This document shows positions 1 through 13,491 of a DNA stretch of 64,000 nucleotides, in pieces. The stretch spans positions 112,293-176,292 of the forward strand of contig JADJDQ010000007.1 of assembly GCA_016702605.1 (NCBI GenBank), read 5' to 3'. The notes beneath the pieces are model-generated. The model was not told the DNA's origin. It saw nothing but the letters and a program-made list of their open reading frames with translations, and did no database searches. The DNA is from Candidatus Intricatilinea gracilis. GTDB lineage: Bacteria; Pseudomonadota; Gammaproteobacteria; Burkholderiales; Burkholderiaceae_C. Every line of letters starts with the position of its first letter. Positions within the stretch are counted from its first letter, which is position 1. The position numbers were made by a program, and so were the translations under genes.

Positions 1-234
1 TTCGAGCGCGTTTTCCAGCTCCTTGACGAACAGGCCCTTGCCACCGACCTTGGACAAGGCGCGGTCGAGGATCTGGTCGCCGCGCGTCGTCATGCCGAGC
101 AGTTCGACCTGCCAGCCCAGGCGCTGGCCGAGCAGGTCTCGCATGTGTTCGGCCTGCCACAGGGCCAGGCGGCTCTCGCGGGTGGCGATGGTGTAGCGGG
201 CGGGCGAATTGGTGGATGAGGGCGTTGAGCTCAT
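1..234 (-). CDS. hemC: porphobilinogen deaminase (hydroxymethylbilane synthase), N-terminal 78 codons; the gene continues beyond the window start
   Basis: The reverse strand from ATG (232-234) reads [78 protein letters not shown]. This carries the HemC N-terminal signature (ATRxSxLALWQA, TRGD, GGKGLFxKELE). It is absent from the ORF track because the window edge truncates it. Confidence 0.9.
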   Translation of the reverse strand, partial: MSSTPSSTNSPARYTIATRESRLALWQAEHMRDLLGQRLGWQVELLGMTTRGDQILDRALSKVGGKGLFVKELENALE

Positions 235-467
235 GGCGTGATTGTCAATGAAGTCTGACGCTTGTTCGGCGCGTCGCGTGACGACGGGCCGGTCTCCTGG
301 ACGCACCCGGGTGCCTGCCGATGGCCTTCGGGGCCGGCTTGGGCGGCGCAGGACTTCACGCCGATGGCCCCGAACTTGCTGAGCCAGTCCTTGACGCCCG
401 CCTGTATCCGCAGACCGGCGCCATCATGATGTAATTGAGTTACCAGTTTCACGGACCAGAGGTTTCA

Positions 468-3603
<3,136 letters not shown>

Positions 3604-3634
3604 GGCGGTGGCAACTGCCGACGGCGAGTTCGTG

Positions 3635-4042
3635 TCACGCCACCCAGTCGTCCAGCTTCAATCCCTGGATGCGCTGGAACTCCCTGGTGTTGTGGGTGAC
3701 GAGCACGGCCTCTTCGGCCAGTGCATGGCAGGCGATCCAGAGGTCGTTGGCGCCGATCGGTGTGCCGGCCCGCTTGAGTCGGTCAACCTGCTCGGCATAG
3801 TGACGGCAGATCTTTGGCCCGCGCGGGTAGACCACCGGGATCTGCAAAGCCAGCGCATCCAGACGCACGAGCACCTCAGCCTTGCGCGAACTGCGCTCGG
3901 CGCCCAGCAGCAGTTCGGCCCAACTGACGAAGGACATGCCAAGTTCGTCCTGCGGCGCCAAGGCATCGACCCGCTCGGCCAGGCCGGGTGGACGCTGCTT
4001 CATCAGGTAGATCAGGATGTTGGTGTCGAGGAGATGAATCAC
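3635..4042 (-). CDS. vapC: type II toxin VapC (PIN-domain ribonuclease)
   Basis: 135-aa ORF beginning MIHLLDTNILIY (PIN acidic residue). It also has ...WAELLLGAE... and ...NDLWIACHALAEEAVLVTHNTREF. Its GTG start overlaps the stop of the upstream antitoxin gene by 4 nt. Confidence 0.9.
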   Translation of the reverse strand: MIHLLDTNILIYLMKQRPPGLAERVDALAPQDELGMSFVSWAELLLGAERSSRKAEVLVRLDALALQIPVVYPRGPKICRHYAEQVDRLKRAGTPIGANDLWIACHALAEEAVLVTHNTREFQRIQGLKLDDWVA

Positions 4043-4293
4043 AGCGCCTCGCGCTCCTGCACTGGCAGTGGGTCGTCGCGAGCAGCTTCGAGCGCGGCGA
4101 TGAAGTCGTCATCGAAACCTTGCAGCGCATCGACCAGAGCCCGGCCACGGGCCGGTCGCACCGGCCGGATCACGAGGTCGCCGTCTGCGTTTCGAAAGAT
4201 CTGCACCGTGTCGGCGTCGAGCTTGAGGTCAGCCGGGATCCGCACGGCCTGGCTGTTGCCATTGCGAAAGATGCGGGTGGTGATGCCGGGCAT
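4039..4293 (-). CDS. vapB: type II antitoxin VapB (SpoVT/AbrB-type DNA-binding domain)
   Basis: 84 codons at the 3' end of track ORF 4039..5097, starting at ATG 4291-4293 behind AGGAGG (complement of 4298-4303). The N-terminus MPGITTRIFRNGNSQAVRIPADL is the AbrB/MazE swapped-hairpin motif. Confidence 0.85.
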   Translation of the reverse strand: MPGITTRIFRNGNSQAVRIPADLKLDADTVQIFRNADGDLVIRPVRPARGRALVDALQGFDDDFIAALEAARDDPLPVQEREAL

Positions 4294-4306
4294 CTCGCCT
4301 CCTGTG

Positions 4307-4332
4307 TGTACATCGATGGTCAAATGTACATC
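4307..4332. promoter_or_regulatory. candidate VapB operator: two copies of TGTACATC (each containing the palindrome TGTACA), 18 bp apart
   Basis: TGTACATC occurs at 4307-4314 and 4325-4332, directly upstream of the vapB RBS in the 127-nt divergent gap to trhO. Confidence 0.4.
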
Positions 4333-4419
4333 CGTTGTCGCCGAATGGCCACTGTCAGCACCGGCAAGAATGTCACCCTGCGCGCCTGCCCCAATCGGCC
4401 GCACAACTTCCACGACCAG

Positions 4420-5169
4420 ATGACCTCGTCCCACCCCATCCTCAACATCAGCAGCTACCGCTTCGTCGACCTGGCGGATGCCACCGAACTGCGTGGCCCA
4501 CTGCATGGCCAGGCGCAGGCCTGCCAGCTCAAGGGCACGGTATTGCTGGCCCAGGAGGGCATCAACTTCTTCATGGCGGGCAGCGCCGAGGGCATCACCC
4601 AGTTTCTCGACTGGCTGCGCCACGACCCGCGTTTTGCCGGGCTGGAGGTCAAGCAGAGCTGGAGCGCCACCACGCCGTTCAAACGCCTGAAGGTCAAGGT
4701 CAAGCGCGAGATCATTCGTATGAATCACCCGACCATCCGGCCCGCTGCCGAACGTGCGCCTAGCGTGTCGCCTCAGCAGCTGGCCGCCTGGCTGGCGCAA
4801 GGCCATGACGACGCCGGGCGCCCGGTGGTGACGCTCGACACGCGCAACGCCTTCGAGGTCGACGCCGGTACCTTCGACGGCACGATCGACTGGCGTATCG
4901 CCAAGTTCAGCGAGTTCCCCGCTGCGGTCGACGCCCATCTGGCCGACCTGCAGGGCAAGACCGTGGTGAGTTTCTGCACCGGCGGCATCCGCTGCGAGAA
5001 GGCCGCGATATACCTGCAGGAAGCCGGCCTCGATTCGGTCTACCAGCTCGAAGGCGGCATCCTCAAGTACTTCGAATTGACTAACGGCGCGCCGCATTGG
5101 CGCGGCGGGTGTTTCGTTTTCGACGAACGCGAAGTGCTGGGGGCGGCGCTCGAGCCGGCCAGGGCCTGA
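4420..5169 (+). CDS. trhO: rhodanese-domain tRNA uridine(34) hydroxylase (YceA/TrhO family)
   Basis: MTSSHPILNISSYRFVDL...VLLAQEGINFFMAG...VSFCTGGIRCEKAAIYL...GGILKY. The CTGGIRCE active-site loop is typical of YceA. ATG 4420 is chosen because upstream codons of track ORF 3988..5169 overlap vapB on the other strand. Confidence 0.85.
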   Translation: MTSSHPILNISSYRFVDLADATELRGPLHGQAQACQLKGTVLLAQEGINFFMAGSAEGITQFLDWLRHDPRFAGLEVKQSWSATTPFKRLKVKVKREIIRMNHPTIRPAAERAPSVSPQQLAAWLAQGHDDAGRPVVTLDTRNAFEVDAGTFDGTIDWRIAKFSEFPAAVDAHLADLQGKTVVSFCTGGIRCEKAAIYLQEAGLDSVYQLEGGILKYFELTNGAPHWRGGCFVFDEREVLGAALEPARA

Positions 5170-5178
5170 GCGGCCTCA

Positions 5179-6738
5179 TCAAATCCTGAACACACTCATC
5201 GACTGGCGCAGCGAACGCGCCTGTTCTTCGAGGCTGCCGGCGGCGGCGGACGACTCTTCCACCAGTGCAGCGTTCTGCTGAGTCGTGTGGTCGAGGTCGA
5301 CCACCGCCAGGCGGGCCTGGTCGATGCCGCTCGACTGCTCCTGCGCCGCGCTGGCAATCTCTTCGATGATGCGGCTGACACGTTGCACGCTCTGCACGAT
5401 GTCCTGCATCGAGCTGCCGGCCTTTGCTGCCAGCGTGCTTCCGGCATTGACGCGGTTGACCGATTCGTCGATCAGCGCCTTGATCTCCTTGGCCGCCAGC
5501 GCCGAACGCTGGGCCAGTGTGCGCACCTCACCCGCCACCACGGCAAAACCGCGGCCCTGCTCGCCGGCCCGGGCCGATTCGACCGCGGCGTTGAGCGCCA
5601 GGATGTTGGTCTGGAAGGCGATGCCTTCGATCACACCCACGATGTCGGCGATACGCCGCGAGCTGTCGTTGATGGTGCCCATGGTGACGACGACCTGGTC
5701 GACCACCGCGCTGCCTTGTGAGGCCGACGTGCAGGCCGACGCCGCCAGCTGATTGGCCTGGCGCGCCGAGGCCGATGTGTTGGCCACCGTGCTGCTGAGC
5801 TGCTCCATGGCCGACGCGGTCTGCTGGATGCTGGCTGCGGCCTGTTCGGTGCGTTGCGAGAGATCGAGGCTGCCACTGGCGATCTCGGACGAGGCCGTGC
5901 CGATGTGGTCGATCGAGCCACGCACGTCACCGACGATGGTGCGCAGCGACGCCACCATGGCATCGAGCTCGGCCAGCAGGCTGTGTGGCAACGCACCTTG
6001 TTCGAGCTTGATGGTCAGGTCACCCGTGGCCACCTTGTGCATGGCCCCGACGGCTTGCGACGGCTCGCCGCCGATCTGGCGCAACACGCTGCGTCGCACC
6101 GACCAGGCGGTGCCGCCCAGCACCGCCAGCAGCAGCGTCACGAAGGCCAGGTTCTTGTATAGCGCCGCGCGGATACTGGCCTGCACGTCGTCCATGTACA
6201 GGCCCGAGCCGACCATCCAGTTCCAGTCCTTCACCACCGTCACGTATTGCAGCTTGGGTGCGGGCGTGGTGGCGCCGGGGCGCGGAAACTCGGTGGGCAC
6301 GAAGGCCTTGCCGTCGGCGCTTTTCTTGGCGGCGCTGGTCATGGCCTGGATCACGTCCTGGCCCGAGGTGTCCCTGACCTTGCCGATCATGTTCTGGCCC
6401 GCCCATTCGGGCTTGGACGGCAGCATCACGCTCACGCCGTCGAGCGTCCAGATGTAGAAGTAGTCGGTGCCGGTGTCGCCGTAGCGTGCGGCGCGCAACG
6501 CCTCCTTGGCCGCGGTTTGTGCATCGGCCTCGGGCATGGTCTTGGCTAAGGCCTTCTGGTGAAAGGCCTCGACGATGCTGTGTGCCGACTGCACCGCGGC
6601 CACCAGTTCGCGCTGACGGCCCTCGATGATCTGCTGGCGCAACTGCCAGAACGACAGGCTGGCCAGCACGATGGCGCCCAGGACGGCCACCCCCACCAGC
6701 AGGGCGATCTTGTTCCTGAAAGAGCTGAAAGTGTTCAT
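5179..6738 (-). CDS. methyl-accepting chemotaxis protein with a periplasmic Cache-like sensor
   Basis: 519 aa with an N-terminal TM helix, a sensor region, a second TM helix and a HAMP domain. The MCP signalling hairpin is highly conserved ([40 protein letters not shown]). Confidence 0.92.
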   Translation of the reverse strand: MNTFSSFRNKIALLVGVAVLGAIVLASLSFWQLRQQIIEGRQRELVAAVQSAHSIVEAFHQKALAKTMPEADAQTAAKEALRAARYGDTGTDYFYIWTLDGVSVMLPSKPEWAGQNMIGKVRDTSGQDVIQAMTSAAKKSADGKAFVPTEFPRPGATTPAPKLQYVTVVKDWNWMVGSGLYMDDVQASIRAALYKNLAFVTLLLAVLGGTAWSVRRSVLRQIGGEPSQAVGAMHKVATGDLTIKLEQGALPHSLLAELDAMVASLRTIVGDVRGSIDHIGTASSEIASGSLDLSQRTEQAAASIQQTASAMEQLSSTVANTSASARQANQLAASACTSASQGSAVVDQVVVTMGTINDSSRRIADIVGVIEGIAFQTNILALNAAVESARAGEQGRGFAVVAGEVRTLAQRSALAAKEIKALIDESVNRVNAGSTLAAKAGSSMQDIVQSVQRVSRIIEEIASAAQEQSSGIDQARLAVVDLDHTTQQNAALVEESSAAAGSLEEQARSLRQSMSVFRI

Positions 6739-6902
6739 GCCGACGGTACTCCCGTGGCCCGTCGGCAGTCGACCGAAGACTTGTCGCGCGGCCTGGGCAC
6801 AGGCTGCACAGTCTGCGGTGACATGGCGTGCGTCGAAGACCCGAATTGCGCCGGCTATTTGAGCCAGTTACGCACCCGGGTCAGGGCAGCGCCGCCATGT
6901 GA

Positions 6903-7166
6903 TCACCCCAGGTTTTCGCCGAACACGGTGTCGCTTTGTGCGTAGGCGCTGCTCAGGAACAGGCGCAGCACGACGCCCGAGCCTTCCTGCTCCCAGAGTC
7001 GGCCCTTGATCAGGAACTGCCGCCCGCCGATGCGCAACACGTCGCCAGTGGCGGGTGGCACATGGTGATGGGCCCAGAAGCTGGGCACCTCGACCTTGGA
7101 GCGCCTGATCCAGGCCTGGTCGTCGGGGGAAAAAGCCAGGGTGATCGTCAGTGCGGGTTGTTCCAT
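6903..7166 (-). CDS. hypothetical small protein (87 aa)
   Basis: The ORF has strongly GC3-biased codon usage like neighbouring genes and lies upstream of the MCP on the same strand. I recognise no family and see no obvious Shine-Dalgarno sequence. Confidence 0.5.
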   Translation of the reverse strand: MEQPALTITLAFSPDDQAWIRRSKVEVPSFWAHHHVPPATGDVLRIGGRQFLIKGRLWEQEGSGVVLRLFLSSAYAQSDTVFGENLG

Positions 7167-7674
7167 CGATGGGGTCCGGTCGAGTCGGTGTGGGTCGTAG
7201 CCGAATGCTCATGGTATCGACTCTGTTGCCAGTACCGGCATCGCGGACTTGCCTGTGTCGATGCTCCCGATCCGGCGCATATGTCTGGGCTTGTGCTGGC
7301 AAGTATTGAAATCGCAACAACAGGTCATCAGTCGGATGGTGTGGGTTCCCAACTATGCACGGTTTTTAATTTTGGGGGGGTGCCGTCGAATGACGGCGTG
7401 CCACCGCCATCGCGCCCGAATGCTCTGGAATGTGACGAAGTGACGCTCGAATGGCCTGTGCAGCGCGCCGGATGGCTAATTCTGTTCAGGTCAATTTGGT
7501 TAATTAACATTGCATAAGCTTGACCGAGGTTAAGCTTGGGCAATATGCTTCGTCCCATGCACTCGGCCGGCAGGTTTGGTTCGATGTGTGTGCCTTCTCG
7601 CGGATATCTCCCCGATCCACCTTTCACGCGGCCCCATTTACGGAGGCGGAGCACTGCCTGTGCGCCCGAATATC

Positions 7675-8889
7675 ATGACCAAGAAGCATCAACGATTCAA
7701 CCACCTGTTTCGCTCCGCGATCGCTGTCGCCATACTGCCGCTGTTATTGTCGGCCTGTGGTGGCGGCGACAATTCGGCGGCGCCAGCCGGCCCTGTCGAC
7801 ACGACGTCGCCTCAGGCTCAGCTCGGCGCAAGAATATTCTCGGATACCTCGTTGTCGGCGTCTGGCACACAGTCGTGCGCGAGTTGCCACGCCGATTCGA
7901 GTGGTGGTGCCCAGGACAATGCGCTGGCAGCCCAGCTTGGCGGGCCGCTGGGGAATCTGCAGGGTGGGCGTTCCTCGCCTTCGGCGCGTTATCTCGACCT
8001 GAATTCGTCGTTCTTCATCGACTCCGAAGGCACGCCGACCGGCGGTTTCTTCTGGGACGGCCGCGCTGCCAGCCTCGAAGAGCAGGCCGGCGGCCCCTTC
8101 CTGAATCCGGTCGAGATGGCCATGCCCAACAAGGCGGCTGTGGTTCTGCGGCTGAGTCTGGCGGGTTACGCCGACGAATTCAGGAAGGTTTACGGCAGTA
8201 CTGTCTTCAACGATGTCGATGCCGCGTATACAAAGATGACGCAGGCCATTGCGGCGTTCGAGCGCGAGAACTCGAAGTTTCACGGCTACAACAGCAAATA
8301 CGACGCCTTTCTCGCCGGCAAGGCTGTCCTGAGCACGGCCGAGCAGCGTGGCCTGGCATTGTTCGAAGATCCCGCCAAGGGTAATTGTGCAGGTTGCCAC
8401 CCGTCGTCCGTGCAAGCCGATGGCAAACCTCCGCTGTTCACCGATTTCACTTACGACAATCTGGGTGTGCCGCGTAACACCGAGTTGCAGGCAAATGCCG
8501 ATCCGGCCCATTTCGACCTCGGCTTGTGCGCCAGTCCGAATCCCCTGGCAAATGGTGTGGCCGAGTTCTGCGGTGCTTTCAAGGTGCCCTCGCTGCGTAA
8601 TGTCGCGAGTCGCAAGGCGTATTTCCACAATGGAAAGTTCAAGACCCTGAAGGAAGTTGTGACCTTCTATGTGCAACGCGATACCAATCCCGAGAAGTGG
8701 TATCCGACCAAGGCCGACGGCAGTATCGACAAGTTCGATGACCTGTCGGCTATCTACAAGGCCAACGTCAATACCGGTGAAGCGCCTTACAACCGCACGG
8801 TCGGCGACGCTCCGGCACTGACGGATGCCGAAGTCGATGATGTGGTCGCTTTCCTGCGCACGCTGAGCGACGGTTACGTTGCCCCTTGA
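7675..8889 (+). CDS. di-haem cytochrome c peroxidase (CCP/MauG family), lipoprotein
   Basis: Two CxxCH haem motifs (CASCH, CAGCH). ATG 7675 gives MTKKHQRF...LPLLLSACGG with a lipobox. The family motifs FNDVDAAYTKMTQAIAAFE and PSLRNV are present. GC is visibly lower than in the flanks. Confidence 0.85.
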   Translation: MTKKHQRFNHLFRSAIAVAILPLLLSACGGGDNSAAPAGPVDTTSPQAQLGARIFSDTSLSASGTQSCASCHADSSGGAQDNALAAQLGGPLGNLQGGRSSPSARYLDLNSSFFIDSEGTPTGGFFWDGRAASLEEQAGGPFLNPVEMAMPNKAAVVLRLSLAGYADEFRKVYGSTVFNDVDAAYTKMTQAIAAFERENSKFHGYNSKYDAFLAGKAVLSTAEQRGLALFEDPAKGNCAGCHPSSVQADGKPPLFTDFTYDNLGVPRNTELQANADPAHFDLGLCASPNPLANGVAEFCGAFKVPSLRNVASRKAYFHNGKFKTLKEVVTFYVQRDTNPEKWYPTKADGSIDKFDDLSAIYKANVNTGEAPYNRTVGDAPALTDAEVDDVVAFLRTLSDGYVAP

Positions 8890-9100
8890 CGTCGCGCGAC
8901 TTGTGTTGAGCGGCAGCGTCGCGTCGCGTATCCCGACTGCCGAAGGGCGGACCCGACCAAGCCGCGACGCGTGCGGGCCGTTCCGGTTTCACCCGCAGGC
9001 TCGCTGCCGACCACCTCGCGCCGTGCACACACCACCGGCAGATGGGCGTCTGCCAGCCTGTGCAAGGGTCGGGCGCCCGGTGTGACGGCGGATGTGGTGG

Positions 9101-9400
9101 TCAGGCCTCATCCGCCTGTGCCCGGTCGGTACGCGAGCCGAACCGCAGCGCCGAACGCTGGCGCGCCTTCTCGGCCTCGATCTCGCGACTGCGGGGTTCG
9201 GCGCTGGTCACCATCGAGGCGATCAAGCGCCGGGCCGTGGCGGCCACCTCGTCGACGGCCCGATCGAACGCGGCCTCGTTGGCCTTGGACGGCACGGCAA
9301 AACCGCTGAGCTTGCGCACGAACTGCAGTGAGGCGTCGCGGATCTCGAGTTCGGTGGCCGGCGGTTCGAAGTTGAACAGCGTGCGGATGTTGCGGCACAT
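9101..9400 (-). CDS. DUF2277 domain-containing protein
   Basis: MCRNIRTLFNFEPPATELEIRDASLQFVRKLSGF..PSKANEAAFDRAV matches the conserved DUF2277 N-terminus as I remember it. Confidence 0.75.
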   Translation of the reverse strand: MCRNIRTLFNFEPPATELEIRDASLQFVRKLSGFAVPSKANEAAFDRAVDEVAATARRLIASMVTSAEPRSREIEAEKARQRSALRFGSRTDRAQADEA

Positions 9401-9485
9401 GGATGAGCTCCGTGGGCGGTTGACGGACAGCCGGCGCTGCTGTCTTGCGGTGGCGCACCACCGGGGCAGACTTGCCGCCGGCCGA

Positions 9486-10232
9486 TCAGGAGGAGGCCGG
9501 CGGATCGGGCGAGTGGCGCGGGGCGGTGTCGTTCAGCACCGCCAGCAGTTCGGAATGGAACTCGCGCCGGTACAGCACCCAGATCACCCCGGCCGTGCCC
9601 AGCACCATGGCCAGCGGCGAGACGAACCACAGCGCGGCGGCAAAACTCATGTAGACCGCACGCAGGCCGTCGTTGAAGGTTTCGGCAGCCAGGCCCATGA
9701 CCCGGCCGGCGCGGTCGGCAAAGTTCTGGCGCAAGGCCTCGTCGTCGGCAAAACGCTCGTGCGAGGGGGCGGCACCGATGAGCAGGGCGCCGAACGTGTA
9801 CTGGCGCATCGACCAGGTGAACCTGAAGAAGGCGTGCACGAAGATGCCCGCCAGCACGATCAGCTTGAGGTCGAAGACCAGCGCCGACGTGCGTGCGGCG
9901 AAGGGGATCTCGTGCACCAGGTCGGCGGCCTTCTCGCTGGCGCCCAGCGCCGCGACCAGGCCGCCGATGATGAAGATGGTGGTCGAGGCGAAGAAACTCG
10001 GGCTGGTGCTGAGGTTTTGCAGCACCACGCCGTCGACCACCCGCACCTCGCGCAGGGCGGCCTGCAGCATCCAGTCGTGGCGGATGCGGTTGGTCGTGCC
10101 CAGCACCGACTGCCGGCCCGCCGCACCCAGGCGGGCGAAGTGCACATAGCCGATCCAGCCGGCGAACATGGCCAGCAGCGCCAGCCAGTCGACCAGCGGA
10201 AGAACACTCAGCGCACGCAGCAGGAAGTCCAT
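9486..10232 (-). CDS. DUF599 family membrane protein
   Basis: 248 aa with several hydrophobic helices. The RIRHDWM / FFRFTWSMRQY motifs fit DUF599, but I recall that family only approximately. Confidence 0.7.
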   Translation of the reverse strand: MDFLLRALSVLPLVDWLALLAMFAGWIGYVHFARLGAAGRQSVLGTTNRIRHDWMLQAALREVRVVDGVVLQNLSTSPSFFASTTIFIIGGLVAALGASEKAADLVHEIPFAARTSALVFDLKLIVLAGIFVHAFFRFTWSMRQYTFGALLIGAAPSHERFADDEALRQNFADRAGRVMGLAAETFNDGLRAVYMSFAAALWFVSPLAMVLGTAGVIWVLYRREFHSELLAVLNDTAPRHSPDPPASS

Positions 10233-10368
10233 GCGGCGACTGTAGCGCCGGCAGGTTTCCGGGCGACCCGGCCGAGCGGCTGCGGCGTGGCGCGGGGCGG
10301 CATTCAGGCGTCGTGTGCAGCCTGTGATGTGCCGCGCCGACGCCTGTGCCCGCGCCCGCGCCGAGTTG

Positions 10369-11100
10369 TCAGGGCGCCAGGTCGAACACCAGCACCTGGG
10401 CGTTCTTGCCGGCGCTGATGGTCACCAGCGACTCACCGTCCATGGCCAGCGCGTCGCCGGTGTGCAGGGCGTGCCCGTTGACCGTGGCCTCGCCCGTGGC
10501 GATGTGGACGTAGGCCTTGCGGCCCGGCGTGACGGCCAGTTCGGCGCACTCGGCGCGGCCTGGGCCGTTGTCGTTGCTGTCGAAAAGTCCGATGTACAGC
10601 CGGGCGTCGGCGTTGAGGGCGATCGCGTCACCCGCCTCGGCCTCGGCCACCGGCGCACACACCAGGCGCAGCTTGCCGCGCTGCTGGGCCGGGTCGAAGG
10701 TGCGCTGGTCGTAGCCCGGCGGCACACCCAGGCGATCGGGCAGGATCCAGATCTGCAGGAAGTGGGTGGTGGCGTCGGCCGCATGGTTGAACTCGCTGTG
10801 CAGCACGCCGCGCCCGGCGCTCATGCGCTGCACTTCACCCGGGCGGATGGTCTCGCCGTTGCCCATGTTGTCGCGGTGTGCAAGTTCACCTTCGAGCACG
10901 ACGCTGATGATCTCCATGTCGCGGTGGCCATGGGTGCCGAAACCCTTGCCGGGCGCCACCTGGTCGTCGTTGATGACACGCAGATTGCCCCAGCCCATAC
11001 GCGCCGGGTCGTGGAAATCGGCGAACGAGAAGCTGTGCTGGCTCTTGAGCCAGCCATGGTTGGCGTAACCGCGTTGGCAGGACTTGCGTAGCTCGATCAT
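10369..11100 (-). CDS. pirin family protein
   Basis: MIELRKSCQRGYANHGWLKSQHSFSFADFHDP...GFGTHGHRDMEIISVVLEGELAHRD, a bicupin with the His-rich metal site. ATG 11098-11100 is chosen over the longer track ORF. Confidence 0.9.
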   Translation of the reverse strand: MIELRKSCQRGYANHGWLKSQHSFSFADFHDPARMGWGNLRVINDDQVAPGKGFGTHGHRDMEIISVVLEGELAHRDNMGNGETIRPGEVQRMSAGRGVLHSEFNHAADATTHFLQIWILPDRLGVPPGYDQRTFDPAQQRGKLRLVCAPVAEAEAGDAIALNADARLYIGLFDSNDNGPGRAECAELAVTPGRKAYVHIATGEATVNGHALHTGDALAMDGESLVTISAGKNAQVLVFDLAP

Positions 11101-11231
11101 GGTGGGGGTCTCCGTTGTGTATCCACTGTAGAGGCGGGGCGGGCGGGCAGGGCTGTGGCGGCTTGATGGCATCATTCAAGTGCCCTGAACCACACGCCCT
11201 CGCAGCCGCGGCGGCGCCGCTCGTCACGCCC

Positions 11232-12248
11232 ATGTCCGAACGCCCGACCGATCGCCGCCTGGCCCTCACGCCCGAGGCGCTGCAGATGATGGACACGATC
11301 GCCCGCACCGGCAGTTTTGCCGCCGCGGCACGCGAGCTCGGCAAGGTGCCGTCGGCGCTGACCTACAACGTGCGCCAGCTCGAGGAGGCGCTCGACGCCC
11401 TGCTGTTCGACCGCAGCTCGCGCCAGGCCCAGCTCACCGCGGCGGGTGAGGAACTGCTGCGCGAAGGCCGCCGGCTGCTGCAGCAGATCGACGCCGTCGC
11501 CAACCGCGTGCAGCGTGTCGCCACCGGCTGGGAGACGCAGCTGGGCATCGCAGTCGACAACATCATTGCACCGGCCGCCATCTTCGACCTCATCGGCGCG
11601 TTCTACGAGTTGCGCCTGCCCGCACCCAGCCGCACCGAAGGTGCGACCGCCGCCACCCAGTCGACCGAATCCACTGCGCCGCCCACCCGCCTGAGCCTGC
11701 GCAGCGAGGTGCTCGCCGGCACCTGGGAGGCACTCGTCACCGGCCAGGTCGACCTGGCCATCGGTGTGATGGCGCCGGCCAACCCGGTGGACGACATCGT
11801 CTGTGCGCCACTGGGCGAGATGGAGATGCTGCTCGCCGTGGCGCCGCATCACCCGCTGGCGAACGAACCCGAGCCCATCCCGTCGACGGTGCTGGCGCGC
11901 CACCGCGTGGTGGCCATCGCCGACACCGCCCAGCGCATGCAGGCGCGCACCTATGGCGTGCTGGCGGGGCAGGATGTGCTGACCGTGCCCTCGCTGGTGG
12001 CCAAGCTCGAAGCGCAGATCCGCGGCCTGGGCATGGGCCGCCTGCCCGAGCCGCTGCTGCGCCGCCAGGTCGAGGCCGGCCGCCTGGTGGTGAAACGCAG
12101 TGAAGAAGCACCCTCGCAGATCGTGCTGCATTACGCCTGGCGCCGCACTGCCGCCCACGGCAAGGCACTCGCCTGGTGGCTCGACCAGCTGGCCAGCCCG
12201 ACGACCCGGCGTGCGCTGCTCGAACAACACGCCGGCCTGATCTTCTGA
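11232..12248 (+). CDS. LysR family transcriptional regulator (divergent from the pirin gene)
   Basis: LysR wHTH: [39 protein letters not shown] divergent pirin/LysR pairing is common. Confidence 0.88.
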   Translation: MSERPTDRRLALTPEALQMMDTIARTGSFAAAARELGKVPSALTYNVRQLEEALDALLFDRSSRQAQLTAAGEELLREGRRLLQQIDAVANRVQRVATGWETQLGIAVDNIIAPAAIFDLIGAFYELRLPAPSRTEGATAATQSTESTAPPTRLSLRSEVLAGTWEALVTGQVDLAIGVMAPANPVDDIVCAPLGEMEMLLAVAPHHPLANEPEPIPSTVLARHRVVAIADTAQRMQARTYGVLAGQDVLTVPSLVAKLEAQIRGLGMGRLPEPLLRRQVEAGRLVVKRSEEAPSQIVLHYAWRRTAAHGKALAWWLDQLASPTTRRALLEQHAGLIF

Positions 12249-12320
12249 TCGTGGCCGAGTTCGGGCTTGCCAGCGAGTTGTCCCGAAGCTCGTCCGGCGG
12301 GACCGGCACGGGGAGGCCGC

Positions 12321-13399
12321 GTGGGCCCTACGTCGGACGCTTCGCGCCGTCGCCCACCGGCCTGTTGCACGCCGGTTCGCTGGTGGCCGCGCTGGGCTCG
12401 TGGCTCGATGCCCGTGCGCACGCCGGGCGCTGGCTGGTGCGCATCGAGGATGTCGATACGCCGCGTTGCCAGCCAGGCGCAGATCTCGAGATCCTGCGCC
12501 AGCTCGCCGTCTGCGGCCTGGTGCCGGACGAGCCGCCGTCGTGGCAGTCGCAACGTGGCGCGATCTACGCTGCCGCACTCGACGACCTGCTCGCGCGTGG
12601 CCTGGCCTATGCCTGCACCTGCACCCGCAGCCAGATCGCCGCGGCCCTGGCGGCCAGTGGCCGGCCGTATCGGCCGCATGGCGAGCTTGTCTACCCGGGC
12701 ACCTGCCGGCCGGCGACACCAACACCGATCACCACGCCGGCAGTCCACCTGTCGACTGCGCCGGGAGTGACCGGGGATGGCCATCCGATGTCAGGTGCCG
12801 TCGGGTCGACCGTGGCAGTGGGCACCGTGACTGACGCTTCGACGCAAGTCGTCGCACCGTCAGCCCCACGCCATGCCGTACGCCTGCGCGTCGAGCCCGG
12901 TGCGGTCAGCCACATTGGCTGGACCGATCGCCGTCTCGGCCCGCAGCAGCAGGACGTCAGCGCCGACGTCGGCGACTTCGTGCTGCGCCGCGCCGACGGC
13001 CTGTGGGCCTACCAGCTCGCCGTGGTGGTGGACGACGCAGCCCAAGGTGTCACCCACATCGTGCGCGGTGCCGATCTGGCCGACAACACGGCGCGCCAGA
13101 TCCTGCTGCAACGTCAGCTCGGCCTGGCCACGCCGAGCTACCTGCACCTGGCGCTGGTGCTGGCCGCCGACGGCCACAAGCTCAGCAAGCAGAACGGCGC
13201 CACGCCGCTGGATCTTGCCGATCCGCTGGCAGCGCTGCAGGCCGCGGCCAGGGCGCTGGGCCTGCCCAATGCCGCGCCGGGCGCCAGCTTGACAGATGTG
13301 TTGGCCGGCTGGACGGCAGCCTGGACGACGTGCTGGCCGATGGTCACCAAGATGCCCGGCCCGGTGGCCACCTCGACCCCCGCCTCACCAGACACCTGA
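12321..13399 (+). CDS. gluQ: glutamyl-Q tRNA(Asp) synthetase (GluQRS/YadB)
   Basis: [55 protein letters not shown] and KLSKQ. The start is GTG 12321 behind GGAGG. It contains an extra ~45-aa low-complexity segment after YPGTCRP. Confidence 0.85.
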
Positions 13400-13491
13400 C
13401 CACACGCAGGGTGAGCACCGGCCGCTGGCCTGCAGCGCTGGCATGATGGCGGCCGTTTTCCACCGACCAACCGTCACCCACAGGACGCCAC

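Noticed and set aside
7249-7654. Small ORFs in the long ccp upstream region (7249..7443 plus strand, 7328..7654 minus strand)
   Set aside because: Their codon usage is atypical, they lack an RBS, and their translations are featureless. The region is more plausibly regulatory or non-coding.
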